From the NCBI GenBank assembly GCA_049966495.1, contig JBMFUN010000001.1, positions 1-52,973 of the forward strand: a stretch of DNA of 52,973 nt. The letters run 5' to 3'. The translations under genes were made by a program, and so were the position numbers. The notes below the pieces were generated by a model. The model was not told where the DNA came from and made no database searches. It worked only from the letters and a program-made list of their open reading frames with translations. Origin of the DNA: Candidatus Micrarchaeia archaeon (GTDB lineage: Archaea > Micrarchaeota > Micrarchaeia > Micrarchaeales > Micrarchaeaceae). This document shows positions 7,462 to 17,359 of the stretch, in pieces. Position 1 is the first letter of the stretch, and every line of letters begins with the position of its first letter.

Positions 7462-8559
7462 ATGGAGATGAAAGTGCATGTCATTGGCGCAGGTATTGTG
7501 GGGCTCACATTTGCAAAGGAGCTTGCAGCAAATGGTATAAGAACAACAGTATATGAGAGAAAAAGAGATGTAGAAGCTGGTGCTGAAAAGGCCTCTGGCA
7601 TACTTTCGATAAAAGGGTTGGAAAAATCTGGAATAAGGTACAAAAATGCGATAGAGAATACCTTAAACGGCGCGATCATACATGTAAAAAATGAAGAGTT
7701 GCTTGTAGAGGCAAAAGAGCCGCAAGCATATATAATAGACAGGCGCAAACTTATACGCGATGCATATGAGGATGCAGAGGAAGCTGGCGCACTTGTACTT
7801 CTGGGCAGGAACATAGATGGAAATTTCCTAAAGGAGCTAGGCAATAGCGACATAATAGTAGGCGCTGATGGAGCAACATCTATTGTTGCGAGCACATTTG
7901 GATTTCCGCGCATGAAAGAGTATATATTGACATACAAAGCCCTATATAGAAATGCAAACATAGAAGATGCAAACAAGGTCGAGATATTCTTCTCAGATGC
8001 CACTCCTGGTTTTTTCGGCTGGACTGCGCCGCACAGCGACAAACTTCTAGAATTAGGGGTAGGAGTGAGTAGCAAAGCGAAGAAAACAAGCCTTCAAGCC
8101 TTCAATGCTTTCACAAAAAACGAAAAAATAAAAGAGAGGATAAAATGGGCAACAATGGAAAATAGATTTGCAAGCATCATACCTTTAGAAGTTAGAAAGA
8201 AAAGTGCCAAAGGCAATGTTGCGCTGGTTGGAGATGCCGCCGGGCAGGTCAAGGCCAGTACTGGTGGGGGAATAATCTTCGGGATAGCGTGTGCAAAAGT
8301 GCTTGCTGAAACAATAATTATTAATAGGAACTCTTCTGGCACAGGATTCCTTGAAGAGTATGAGAAGAAATGGAGGAAGCTTTATGGAATGGATCTTATG
8401 CTTCATAGTATTGTCCACAGATATTACTCATTTATAGGAATTAGGAATATGAAGATTATGCTAAAAATTGCAAAATTCATGGGTATAGAAGGCTTTCTGA
8501 GCAAGCACGGAGACATGGACAGCCCGAGCCTTATTCTAAAGCGCATTATCAAGCGCTAG
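7462..8559 (+). CDS. FAD-dependent oxidoreductase, geranylgeranyl reductase family
   Basis: Rossmann VIGAGIVGLTFAKELA...YERK. GADG. GDAAGQVKASTGGGI, typical of GGR-family enzymes. Confidence 0.8.
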   Translation: MEMKVHVIGAGIVGLTFAKELAANGIRTTVYERKRDVEAGAEKASGILSIKGLEKSGIRYKNAIENTLNGAIIHVKNEELLVEAKEPQAYIIDRRKLIRDAYEDAEEAGALVLLGRNIDGNFLKELGNSDIIVGADGATSIVASTFGFPRMKEYILTYKALYRNANIEDANKVEIFFSDATPGFFGWTAPHSDKLLELGVGVSSKAKKTSLQAFNAFTKNEKIKERIKWATMENRFASIIPLEVRKKSAKGNVALVGDAAGQVKASTGGGIIFGIACAKVLAETIIINRNSSGTGFLEEYEKKWRKLYGMDLMLHSIVHRYYSFIGIRNMKIMLKIAKFMGIEGFLSKHGDMDSPSLILKRIIKR

Positions 8560-9949
8560 ATGCAATCGAGAAGAGCGAAGCGCTTGCAGTCTTCGCGGCG
8601 CTTATCACTGGCTGTGGATATATGCCTATGAGCACAACAACTGCAAGCGCAACGATCACCACAAATGCTACTCTTTTGCTCATCCTTACATGCACATATC
8701 TTCTCTGAGTGAACATTGCGCTTATAACCTTGCCGTAATAATATATAGAGAGGAAGCTGTTTATTATGCCTATCAGGGCGAGCCACAGCATGTTTGCACT
8801 TATCGCGCTCGAAAAGAGAAGAAGCTTTCCATCAAATCCTAACAATGGAGGTATTCCTGCCATTGAAAGCATGAGCAGGGTCAAAGCAATTGATGCGAAT
8901 TTATTCCTTGAGTTCAAGCCCATATAATCTTCTATAGTGCGAAGGTTCATCTGCTCAAGCCACATGATTATTGCAAACGCCGCTATGATCATAAACGCAT
9001 GCGCAACAATCTGCACTATGCTTGCTTCTATTCCGTACTGTGTTGCGACCGCCACGCCTATCATTATGTAGCCAGCTTGCGATATTGAAGAATATGCAAA
9101 AAGCCTACGCATCTTTTTCTGGACCATGGCGGCAAAATTCCCATAGAACATCGTGAGTATAGAAAGCGCTGCAAGGATAGGCGAGAAAGTGCTTTGCAAG
9201 GATGCAAAAAATATGAAAAGCACTTCAATTAAAACCACGAAGGCAAGCTTCTTGCCTATTCCTGCTATCATTGCTGCTATGTTTGCACTTGCGCCCTCAT
9301 ATACATCGGGCACCCAGAAGTTGAAGGGAAACATTGCCGTATCAAATGACATTGCAGCAATAAAAAAGACCAGCGCAATGACAAGCAACGCTCCTCCGGC
9401 AAGAGTCTGAGGCACTATAGAAAAATCGCTGCTATATGGCATAAGCAGCACAAGCGCCACCGAGAACATTGCAATAGAAGCTGCGCTAAGCACGAAGAAC
9501 TTCATGCTTGCCTCGATGTGCTGCTTTCCTGAAAGAAGGACCATGAGCACAGTCAGCGATGCAAAAAGTTCTACTCCCATGAATATGATTATAATGTTGC
9601 TAGCGGAAGGCACCGCGACAAGGCTTATGAACGCAAAGCTCATGAGCATCTGTAGGCTTGGGAAGCCTTTGGTGTTATAGGAGAGCACTTCCACCAGCAG
9701 CATGAGCACTGAGAAAAGTGCTATGAAAAGCTCAGAGAAAGGATAAAAGTGCAGTATCCCAAGCAAAGTCAAGCTTGCACTGCTTGCAAAAAGCGCGGCA
9801 GCCGCATATGCAATAGTCAAAAGCAAAAATACACTTAGTAATATTGAAAAAACTTTGCTTTTCAAGAATGCGGATACTATGCCCATAACAGGAAGAAGGC
9901 AGAGGGCGGCAAGCAATATAATCTCAATCAACATCTTAGTGCACCACAT
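8549..9949 (-). CDS. nuoN: NADH-quinone oxidoreductase subunit N
   Basis: FPFNFWVPDVYEGAS motif, about 14 TM segments, last gene of the nuo string. An alternative ATG at 9934 (MLIEI...) leaves a 1-nt gap to the nuoM stop. Confidence 0.9.
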   Translation of the reverse strand: MWCTKMLIEIILLAALCLLPVMGIVSAFLKSKVFSILLSVFLLLTIAYAAAALFASSASLTLLGILHFYPFSELFIALFSVLMLLVEVLSYNTKGFPSLQMLMSFAFISLVAVPSASNIIIIFMGVELFASLTVLMVLLSGKQHIEASMKFFVLSAASIAMFSVALVLLMPYSSDFSIVPQTLAGGALLVIALVFFIAAMSFDTAMFPFNFWVPDVYEGASANIAAMIAGIGKKLAFVVLIEVLFIFFASLQSTFSPILAALSILTMFYGNFAAMVQKKMRRLFAYSSISQAGYIMIGVAVATQYGIEASIVQIVAHAFMIIAAFAIIMWLEQMNLRTIEDYMGLNSRNKFASIALTLLMLSMAGIPPLLGFDGKLLLFSSAISANMLWLALIGIINSFLSIYYYGKVISAMFTQRRYVHVRMSKRVAFVVIVALAVVVLIGIYPQPVISAAKTASASLFSIASSA

Positions 9950-11342
9950 TGAGTATTATAAAAGGCATCATGCCAAGCGCAAATATTGCTGTGATGAATA
10001 TTGTATAACCTATCTTCTGGCTCGCACCTATGAATGAGACGTTTTTGGAAAAGCTGCTACATTCAAAGATTGATTTGTTGGCAACATAATATAGGTATGA
10101 AGCCATTAGGATTATTGATGCAAAGGGTATAAAGGCATAGAATGAAAAACTCTTGTAGGCACCTATGAATATAAGCAAATCAGCTATGAACCCGGCGGTA
10201 AGCGGCAATCCCCCTATGAAGAAGATTCCCAAAACAAATGAATATGCTATGGCTTTTGACTGCATTACTATGCCCTTTAGAAGCCTTATATCCCTCTCTC
10301 CAAATTCATGCATTATGGAGCCTGCTATAAGGAACATGAATGCGATTGAAAGCCCCTGCGCCAGCATTCCATATAAGGCTCCGAAAGTTCCAAATGTGTT
10401 ATAGGCGCTTATGCCCATTCCTATCACTCCCATCTCCGCCATTGCGGCGTATGCGATGATGCGCTTTATGTCCTTTTGTGAAATCATCACAAGCGAGGCA
10501 TAGATGGATGAAAAAACTGAGAAGGCAAACACATATATTGAATAATGCGAAGCTATAGGCATCAGCTCAAAGCTCAGGAGCAGGCCAAAGGCGCCGAACT
10601 TCGACAATATGCCTCCGATGATCATTGAACCCTGGGTAGATGCCTCTGAGTAGGCATCCGGAAGCCATGAATGCAGAGGGAATATGGGCATATTGACCAT
10701 GAACGCGATGAGCAGGAACACCATTATCATGCTTTGTGTTGAGGCAGGTATCTGCGAGGCGCCAGAGATTATTGATGCAATGTCGAAGGTATGCAGAGGG
10801 GTATAGAAATATATGAGCAGTATTGCGAAAAGGAGCATGACGCTTGCGAATATCTCATATATCAGGAAGTTCATAGATGCTATCTTGCTCCCTGAATGGC
10901 CAAGCGTGTTTATCATAAGGAAAGCAGTGACAACGCCTATGTCCCAGAAAATAAAGAAAAGAAGCAGATTTCCAGAAGTGAAAATTCCAGTTGCGGCAAC
11001 CTGGAAAAGCAGCATCAAAGCGCTCGACAGCTTTACCCTCTCGGCTTTTATGTTGCCGCTTGAGGCGGCAACAAAAATTACAATCGAAGAGAGAAGGAGA
11101 AGAACAACTGAAAATGTATTGAGCGTCAATGAGAAGGAAACACCTAGTGCAGGGATAAAAGCAATGCTCTTTGTAGTGCTTATACCGCCATCAACAAAAT
11201 TCTCGACAAGCAGGTAAATAGATAAGAGCAGCATCAAAGCCGCAGATATCGATGCAAGCACAATAGAGTATCTCTTGCTGAGCAATGCTTCAATTATTAG
11301 CATCACAACGGGTATTGCAATCATTATTAACAATATGTTCAT
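9936..11342 (-). CDS. nuoM: NADH-quinone oxidoreductase subunit M
   Basis: HSWLPDAYSEASTQGSMIIGGILSKFGAFGLL matches the NuoM/ND4 signature. Polytopic membrane protein. Confidence 0.9.
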   Translation of the reverse strand: MNILLIMIAIPVVMLIIEALLSKRYSIVLASISAALMLLLSIYLLVENFVDGGISTTKSIAFIPALGVSFSLTLNTFSVVLLLLSSIVIFVAASSGNIKAERVKLSSALMLLFQVAATGIFTSGNLLLFFIFWDIGVVTAFLMINTLGHSGSKIASMNFLIYEIFASVMLLFAILLIYFYTPLHTFDIASIISGASQIPASTQSMIMVFLLIAFMVNMPIFPLHSWLPDAYSEASTQGSMIIGGILSKFGAFGLLLSFELMPIASHYSIYVFAFSVFSSIYASLVMISQKDIKRIIAYAAMAEMGVIGMGISAYNTFGTFGALYGMLAQGLSIAFMFLIAGSIMHEFGERDIRLLKGIVMQSKAIAYSFVLGIFFIGGLPLTAGFIADLLIFIGAYKSFSFYAFIPFASIILMASYLYYVANKSIFECSSFSKNVSFIGASQKIGYTIFITAIFALGMMPFIILNVVH

Positions 11343-13123
11343 TTCAAGATCACCATAAAGATCAATAAAAGAAATCCCAGAACAAATGCTATCGCATAGA
11401 TGTTGATCTGGCCTGTTTCAGCCTTCCTTACGAAATTGCCAAAAAGCACAATGCCTCTGCCACCAGTTTTCACAAACCCTAAAAGTGCATAATCAAATGT
11501 TTCGAAGGCCTTAGATATGTAAATGAATATATCGGCAAAATATTGGTAGAATTTGTTTGTGGCAAGCGAATTGTAAGCAATTTTGTACAGGGTTGTATGC
11601 ATCGCCTCAATTCCCTTTTCAGCACGATGCTTTGAAAACAGCACATATGCAACAAATATTCCCAACACCACAACAGTGCTTTCAATCAGCGAATCAGCAA
11701 TTGCAATGCGCATCTGCGAGCCTATGTAGCCACTTAGGAATTTAGGCATATAAAAGTATAGTATTCCTGCCGCGAGCACTATGGCACCTAAGATATATTG
11801 AGGAACTAGCATGGACTTGGGGGTGCGGCCAAAATTCATCGATACCTCGCTCTCCTCGTATGCGCTCTTCGGCTTTCGCATAGGCACATAGAGCCACCTG
11901 AATATGTAGACGCTGCTTGCAAAATCTATCAGCAACAGCACCACGTACACGTATATGTTTGAAGCAGCAACCTCAACACCCACCCTGCCGAAGAAGCCGC
12001 TGACCGGAAATATGCCTGCAAGCGAAAGCACACCGATGAGCATTGTTATGAACAATGGCTTATAAGATTTTGGTGAATAGCTCCTGTAAATATTCTCTTC
12101 TTCATTGTTTGCCTTCATTATCGTGCCAGCATTCATGAAAAGCAGGGCTTTGTAGAAGGCCTGCACAACGAAAAGCAGCATTGCGCCTATAAGGGAGCCA
12201 AACCCAAGTGCTACGAACATCAGACCCATGTCTTCTACAGTCGAATAAGCGAGTATGCGCTTTATGTGGGTTTCTGTAAGTGCGTTTGAAATTGCGATAA
12301 TAGAAGTTATAATTCCAAGCATTATGATAATCCAACCCATGCCAAAGCGCATGTAAAGCGGAAGCAAAACTGCAACCAAGAATACGCCAGCCTTGACCAT
12401 TGTGGAGGAATGGAGAAAAGCAGATACTGGCGTTGGGCCCTCCATTGCGTCTGGAAGCCATTCATGGAATGGAAATTGAGCAGATTTGGTATATGCTGCT
12501 GCAAGCACAAGGACCAATGCTATGTATGCATAGGCTCCTGAGCTCGCCTGCATTATATAGGCAAAACTAAATGTGCCATATGCTACCCAAAGCATGATCA
12601 TTGCTGCAAGCATCAATATGTCGCCAATGAACACAGTAGTTATTGCCTTCCTTGCTGCATGTGCTGGAGCGCGCTTGCGGTACCAGAAGCCTATGAGCAG
12701 ATAGCTTGTAATGCCTAGCATCTCCCAGCCTATGAACATTGTAAGGAAGTTCCCAGCAAGGGCGAAAAGCATCATCGCGCTTGCAAACATAAGCAGCTCA
12801 AAATAGTAGCGCGCCTGTTCGCTTGGAGTATCCATGAATCCTATTGAATATGCTATTATGAGCGGTGTTATTACTGCTATGAGGTAAAGAAGAAGCATGT
12901 TCAATGGGTATGTGTATGCTACTATGTGGAAAGAATAATTGCTTATTGAAAACCAATTTATGCTCTCCACATGGGCGCCCTCCATGCCCAAAGCAAATGC
13001 CATTATCAGCGAGGCTAAGCTGGCAAAAAGCGAGAGGTATCTTACAATTTCGAAATGGTCCTTTAGAGGCAATGCCAGGATGGCTGCAACAAGCATCGGC
13101 ACTACTACGAGAAGCGCGAACAT
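11339..13123 (-). CDS. nuoL: NADH-quinone oxidoreductase subunit L
   Basis: 594 aa. FPFHEWLPDAMEGPTPVSAFLHSSTMVKAGVFLV matches the NuoL/ND5 signature. 4-nt overlap with nuoM. Confidence 0.9.
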   Translation of the reverse strand: MFALLVVVPMLVAAILALPLKDHFEIVRYLSLFASLASLIMAFALGMEGAHVESINWFSISNYSFHIVAYTYPLNMLLLYLIAVITPLIIAYSIGFMDTPSEQARYYFELLMFASAMMLFALAGNFLTMFIGWEMLGITSYLLIGFWYRKRAPAHAARKAITTVFIGDILMLAAMIMLWVAYGTFSFAYIMQASSGAYAYIALVLVLAAAYTKSAQFPFHEWLPDAMEGPTPVSAFLHSSTMVKAGVFLVAVLLPLYMRFGMGWIIIMLGIITSIIAISNALTETHIKRILAYSTVEDMGLMFVALGFGSLIGAMLLFVVQAFYKALLFMNAGTIMKANNEEENIYRSYSPKSYKPLFITMLIGVLSLAGIFPVSGFFGRVGVEVAASNIYVYVVLLLIDFASSVYIFRWLYVPMRKPKSAYEESEVSMNFGRTPKSMLVPQYILGAIVLAAGILYFYMPKFLSGYIGSQMRIAIADSLIESTVVVLGIFVAYVLFSKHRAEKGIEAMHTTLYKIAYNSLATNKFYQYFADIFIYISKAFETFDYALLGFVKTGGRGIVLFGNFVRKAETGQINIYAIAFVLGFLLLIFMVILK

Positions 13124-13420
13124 TCAATCCCTCAGCTTTGAAAACTTACTCACGTCAAGGGTGAGCTCCTCCTTCTCCATGTACCTGTAAAGTACTACCG
13201 CCACAATTACCTCTATCGCTGCAACCGCCCATATAGAGAGCAGGAGTATTATTATGTTGCCGGCAGCATAATAGTGGAAGATTGATACTGCAAGAAGCGA
13301 ACTCCCAAGGAGCATAAGCTCCACAGACACCACGATCATTATGAAGTGCCTTGTTGCTGTAATCCCTGCCAGGCCTATCGAAATAATCGCAAAGCTCAAC
13401 AGCATCATGTATGTGAGCAT
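13124..13420 (-). CDS. nuoK: NADH-quinone oxidoreductase subunit K
   Basis: 98 aa, 3 TM segments, conserved intramembrane Glu residues (SVELMLLG, AAIEVIVA). Sits between nuoJ and nuoL. Confidence 0.85.
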   Translation of the reverse strand: MLTYMMLLSFAIISIGLAGITATRHFIMIVVSVELMLLGSSLLAVSIFHYYAAGNIIILLLSIWAVAAIEVIVAVVLYRYMEKEELTLDVSKFSKLRD

Positions 13421-13887
13421 TATCTTTCACCCAAGCGCTTAAGTAGTATTATTCCGCTAAGCCCTACCGAAAAAAGCACTAATGTAAGAAAATAAATCAA
13501 CCATATGCTTCCAGATACGTAATTCACAATATCGGCTTTTGTAAGCATGTTTTGCCCTGTAAAGTTTACTCCATTAGACATGTAAGCAAGCACCATGAAC
13601 ATCGTTATGGAGAGAATTGCAAGGAGCGTGTAAGAGGTGTGTTTGAATCTTGAAATACCTGCAGATGCCACACCTATGAAGAAGTATGTCAGGATGGTGC
13701 CCACAACTATGAAAAGCTGAAGAAGCGCAAGAAGCGGCTGCTGCATTGCCGCAAACAATACCGAGCTTATGACAAATGCCACTGCAAGCATTATTATCGA
13801 GTGGAGCACGTTCTTGAAAACAAATATAACTATTATGGAAATAAGTTCCAATGCGGCAACAGCCAAAAAGATCGCCAAAAGCATCAA
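13420..13887 (-). CDS. nuoJ: NADH-quinone oxidoreductase subunit J
   Basis: 155 aa, 5 TM segments. Call based on position and size between nuoI and nuoK. Confidence 0.8.
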   Translation of the reverse strand: MMLLAIFLAVAALELISIIVIFVFKNVLHSIIMLAVAFVISSVLFAAMQQPLLALLQLFIVVGTILTYFFIGVASAGISRFKHTSYTLLAILSITMFMVLAYMSNGVNFTGQNMLTKADIVNYVSGSIWLIYFLTLVLFSVGLSGIILLKRLGER

Positions 13888-13888
13888 A

Positions 13889-14254
13889 TCACTTGAGCTC
13901 CTCAGGCCTCTTTATGAATTCCCGCCTGTCATAACTCTCGAAATCATAGTCCTTTGTCAACACAAGGCACTTTGTAGGGCAGACCTCCTCGCAAAGAGCG
14001 CAGAAAAGGCACCTCTCAAGGTTTATTTGTGGCATCTGCTTTGTGCCTCTGCTTGTTTCTATTTCGACCATTGTGATTGTCTGGTTTGGGCATATCCTCG
14101 CACATGCCCCACAACTTATGCATGTGTCAATATCAAGCTTGTGAATGCCCCTGTAGTTGTCTGCTATGCGCTCCTTCTGGTCGGGAAACTGCACAGTGGC
14201 AGGCTTCTTCGCCGCTTCTACGATAGTCTTCAGTATGGGTTTCAGCACCATCAT
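13889..14254 (-). CDS. nuoI: NADH-quinone oxidoreductase subunit I (2x[4Fe-4S] ferredoxin)
   Basis: Two CxxCxxCxxxCP motifs (CISCGACARICP, CLFCALCEEVCP). Sits between nuoH and nuoJ. Confidence 0.88.
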   Translation of the reverse strand: MMVLKPILKTIVEAAKKPATVQFPDQKERIADNYRGIHKLDIDTCISCGACARICPNQTITMVEIETSRGTKQMPQINLERCLFCALCEEVCPTKCLVLTKDYDFESYDRREFIKRPEELK

Positions 14255-14258
14255 ACCA

Positions 14259-15293
14259 CTATTTAATGAATACGATAAATGTTATTAATAAGTTTATTAT
14301 TGAAAGGGGCATCAGATAGAGCCATCCGAGCCTAAGTATGTGGTTTATCTTCATCCTTACCAGAGACGCCCTTATGAACATTATGAAGATTGTAATAAGC
14401 ACAACTTTTATCATTAGGTTTAATATTTGGGGCATAGAGGAAAAGCCAAGCCAGCCGCCAAAGAACAGCAAGCTCACTAAAAGAGTGCCTACAAACATGC
14501 GTGTATAATCAAGGAAGAGCGCAAGGCCATAGTAGTTTGCACCATAGTCGTTGAGCCAGCCAGCTATAAGCTCGCTGTCCGCCTCTGTCATATCAAATGG
14601 CGTGCGCTCCAGGTCTGCAAGAAGCACGATGAAGAACACGACAAAGCCGATTGGCATCAGCAGCGCGTACCAGTAATGGCTCTGGGACTGCACGATTGTA
14701 GAAAGGTTGAAGCTCCCAGCCATCATCACTACCGCAAGCACAGATATCAGCATTGGCACCTCATAGCTTACCACAACAGTTGCTGCGCGCTGGGCGCTTA
14801 TTGAGCTGAACTTGTTTCCGCTCGCCCATGCGGCAAGAAACAAGAGCAGTGGGGAGAACGATAGGAGTATGAATACAGCAAGCAGGCCTAAGGATGTACC
14901 TATGCCGACAAAGCCGCTTGAGAATGGAATGAATGCAAGAATCAGCACAAACACAGCAAGCATTATTGGAAGTGCTGTTGCCATCAGTGGCCTGTCTGCC
15001 GTGGCTGGCATGATGTTTTCCTTGGAAAAGAGCTTTATCACGTCTGCCAGGTTCTGCAATATGCCGAATGGCCCTACATATGTCGGCCCGTGCCTCGCCT
15101 GTGCTCTCGCAATGATTTTCCTTTCAAGCCATCCGAACACATATGCAAATACGGATATGAATATCGCAAGCACTATCGCAAAGATTACGAGCGCAACGAA
15201 GAGCGAGAGCGCTTTAAAAGGAAGCGAGTTGGCGCCAAATAGCTTTAACATATTGTAGAAATAAGCTGCAACGAAAGGTGAAGAGATATTCAT
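14259..15293 (-). CDS. nuoH: NADH-quinone oxidoreductase subunit H
   Basis: GWLERKIIARAQARHGPTYVGPFGILQNLADVIKLFSKE is the NuoH/ND1 signature. 8 TM segments. Confidence 0.92.
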   Translation of the reverse strand: MNISSPFVAAYFYNMLKLFGANSLPFKALSLFVALVIFAIVLAIFISVFAYVFGWLERKIIARAQARHGPTYVGPFGILQNLADVIKLFSKENIMPATADRPLMATALPIMLAVFVLILAFIPFSSGFVGIGTSLGLLAVFILLSFSPLLLFLAAWASGNKFSSISAQRAATVVVSYEVPMLISVLAVVMMAGSFNLSTIVQSQSHYWYALLMPIGFVVFFIVLLADLERTPFDMTEADSELIAGWLNDYGANYYGLALFLDYTRMFVGTLLVSLLFFGGWLGFSSMPQILNLMIKVVLITIFIMFIRASLVRMKINHILRLGWLYLMPLSIINLLITFIVFIK

Positions 15294-15416
15294 GTTTAGC
15301 GCCTATGAAAGAATAGTATTAAATATTTTTAAACCATGCTATAATGTGCTATAATATGCCATTCCTCTAATGGGCAATAAGAGATTGGAATGGCTGCTTG
15401 TTTTTAAGATGGTTTG

Positions 15417-15686
15417 ATGGATGCAAAAGACATCATAAGGAAAGGAGAGATAAAGATAAGGGTAAACAGAACGGGCATGTACCAGCTGCTTACTTTCACT
15501 GTGAAAAAGGTCCCGATAGGCGGCTCTTATTTTGTAGAGCTCTACACGAAGAAGGTGGTTGACTTGAATGAGCTGAAGCGCGTTGCAAATGAAACAGGAC
15601 TGCCAGTTGAAGCTGAGAATGGAAGGGCATTCCCAGACGGAAAAGGGGCATCAGACTTCATAAATTTCGATCAGCCAAACCTGTAA
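15417..15686 (+). CDS. Hypothetical small protein (89 aa)
   Basis: Track ORF 15414..15686 (TTG); the ATG is at 15417. I recognise no motif. Its 3' end overlaps the convergent surface-protein gene by 16 nt. Confidence 0.4.
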   Translation: MDAKDIIRKGEIKIRVNRTGMYQLLTFTVKKVPIGGSYFVELYTKKVVDLNELKRVANETGLPVEAENGRAFPDGKGASDFINFDQPNL

Positions 15687-17350
15687 TTGGTGACATTCAT
15701 AATGCCTATCGAAGAAACTGTTTTGTTCATGTATGTATAATTCATCAGCAGGTTGAAGCTCTCTCCTGTGCTTATCACGGGCAAGCTATATGCAGAGCAG
15801 GAAACATTCAGCTCGATTGAGTTGCCTGGTGCAATATCTTTGCCTATGCTCTCTGGCAGTGCTGAAGCTCCGGCCATAAAGCACGACAGGCTGCTTACCT
15901 TTATCGTGTTGCCCATGTAGTTTGATATAGAAAGATACGCCTTGCTGCTCGAAACATTGAAGCTATCCACTTTGCATCCTATCGAATTATTTGAAAATGC
16001 GCAGGTATTCTTGAATATTGAAACCCATCTGATGCTCTTAGGCATGCCCAAAGAGCTAAGCAATTTCACTGCGCTTGCGTGCGCAGACATCAAAAGGCTC
16101 GAATTTGTAAGGGAATATAGAGATGCAACATAAGCTGGAAACGCGGATGCATATGTTGAATTGATCATACCGTATTGCGGCAGAGCCTTGCCACTTTTTG
16201 GGATTACATAAACAGAGCATATGCTGGTGTTGCTCTGGTTGTAAAGCATGCCGTAGCATGTGTTGTTTTCTATTGTTGTATTGGCTGATATCGATCCTGC
16301 AAACAGCCCATAGCCATTTTTGAATATGTTCACTGCGCTCATGCCATGCATGGAATAGGATAGGATTGTACCTACCTCTGATGAATTCGTATAGATGAAC
16401 CTTGACTGATACGCTGTCAGGTTTTTGTTATCATGAAGCGCGCTGACCAACATGTTGCTTTCACTTGGAATATATGTAGAGAAGTTGGCGCAGGTGCCGG
16501 GCATTGAGTTGTTATAATATGCGAATATTTTTGTCCAGCCTTCCTGGTAATAAACACATATGCTTGTTGTATTGCTCTCCTTCCACAGGCCGATTTTATT
16601 TCCATTGAAGCTTATAGTAGAGTGGGCATAGCCATATGTGGAAAGGAGATTGCCTATAAATTCTGGGTTTACCGTACCTTTGAGCCAAAGAGTATATGCA
16701 ACCGTTTTGTTAGAATAGTTTGCGACCGCACCATTTGCATAGGCGACGTAGCCAGAGGAGTCATAGGCGATGATGGGCAGCACATTGTATAGAGGGCCGA
16801 AAACATTTTCGAAGATCGTTAGGTTGTATGTCGATGCAAGCGCGGATATGCTCTCCAACCCAGCACCTGAAAATGAGAAACTGCTTGTTTCTATGATGTT
16901 GTTGTTAGGTATAGACGTATACACGTTTGGCTGCTCGCTTGCACTCACGTTTATGGTTACTGCTGAAATTGTGCGCTTCCTGTTAGGTATGTTGAACAAG
17001 TGAGCAGGATCTGCAATTGCTTCGAATGTGTATGTGCCATTAGAGAGATATGTATAATTGGCACTTATTGACACGTTTTTCCCGGAAGGCAATGAAATCT
17101 TGTAAACGCTTATTGCACTCCCATTTTCATAAAGCCCTACAACTAAGTCGCTTATGCTTCTGCCGCTATTCTGTATGTGTATCTTGAAAAATGTTACATT
17201 GTAAGGATAAAGGTTTTTTGTGCCTGTTGCGTTCAATCCCACTATGATGGAATATGAAGAATTTTGGGCAAACAAATCAATGGCTCCAGCTATTGCTATT
17301 GCCCCAAGCAGGACTATTAATATGTAGAATATGGTTGCTTTTCCTTCCAT
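15671..17350 (-). CDS. Secreted/surface protein rich in N-glycosylation sequons, possibly with a class III (pilin-like) signal peptide and a CARDB-like N-terminal domain
   Basis: N-terminus MEGKA|TIFYILIVLLGAIAIAGAI (K at -2, A at -1, then a hydrophobic helix). More than 25 N-x-S/T sequons by eye. Beta-rich composition. No catalytic motif seen. Confidence 0.6.
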   Translation of the reverse strand: MEGKATIFYILIVLLGAIAIAGAIDLFAQNSSYSIIVGLNATGTKNLYPYNVTFFKIHIQNSGRSISDLVVGLYENGSAISVYKISLPSGKNVSISANYTYLSNGTYTFEAIADPAHLFNIPNRKRTISAVTINVSASEQPNVYTSIPNNNIIETSSFSFSGAGLESISALASTYNLTIFENVFGPLYNVLPIIAYDSSGYVAYANGAVANYSNKTVAYTLWLKGTVNPEFIGNLLSTYGYAHSTISFNGNKIGLWKESNTTSICVYYQEGWTKIFAYYNNSMPGTCANFSTYIPSESNMLVSALHDNKNLTAYQSRFIYTNSSEVGTILSYSMHGMSAVNIFKNGYGLFAGSISANTTIENNTCYGMLYNQSNTSICSVYVIPKSGKALPQYGMINSTYASAFPAYVASLYSLTNSSLLMSAHASAVKLLSSLGMPKSIRWVSIFKNTCAFSNNSIGCKVDSFNVSSSKAYLSISNYMGNTIKVSSLSCFMAGASALPESIGKDIAPGNSIELNVSCSAYSLPVISTGESFNLLMNYTYMNKTVSSIGIMNVTNYRFG

Positions 17351-17359
17351 AGAAACACA

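Noticed and set aside
7422-8075. 217-aa minus-strand ORF opposite the geranylgeranyl-reductase gene
   Set aside because: It is a shadow ORF. The plus-strand frame has clear FAD-binding and GGR motifs, while the antisense product is low-complexity (S/A/F/P-rich). I checked it as a possible missing first TBP repeat and it shows no TBP-like sequence.
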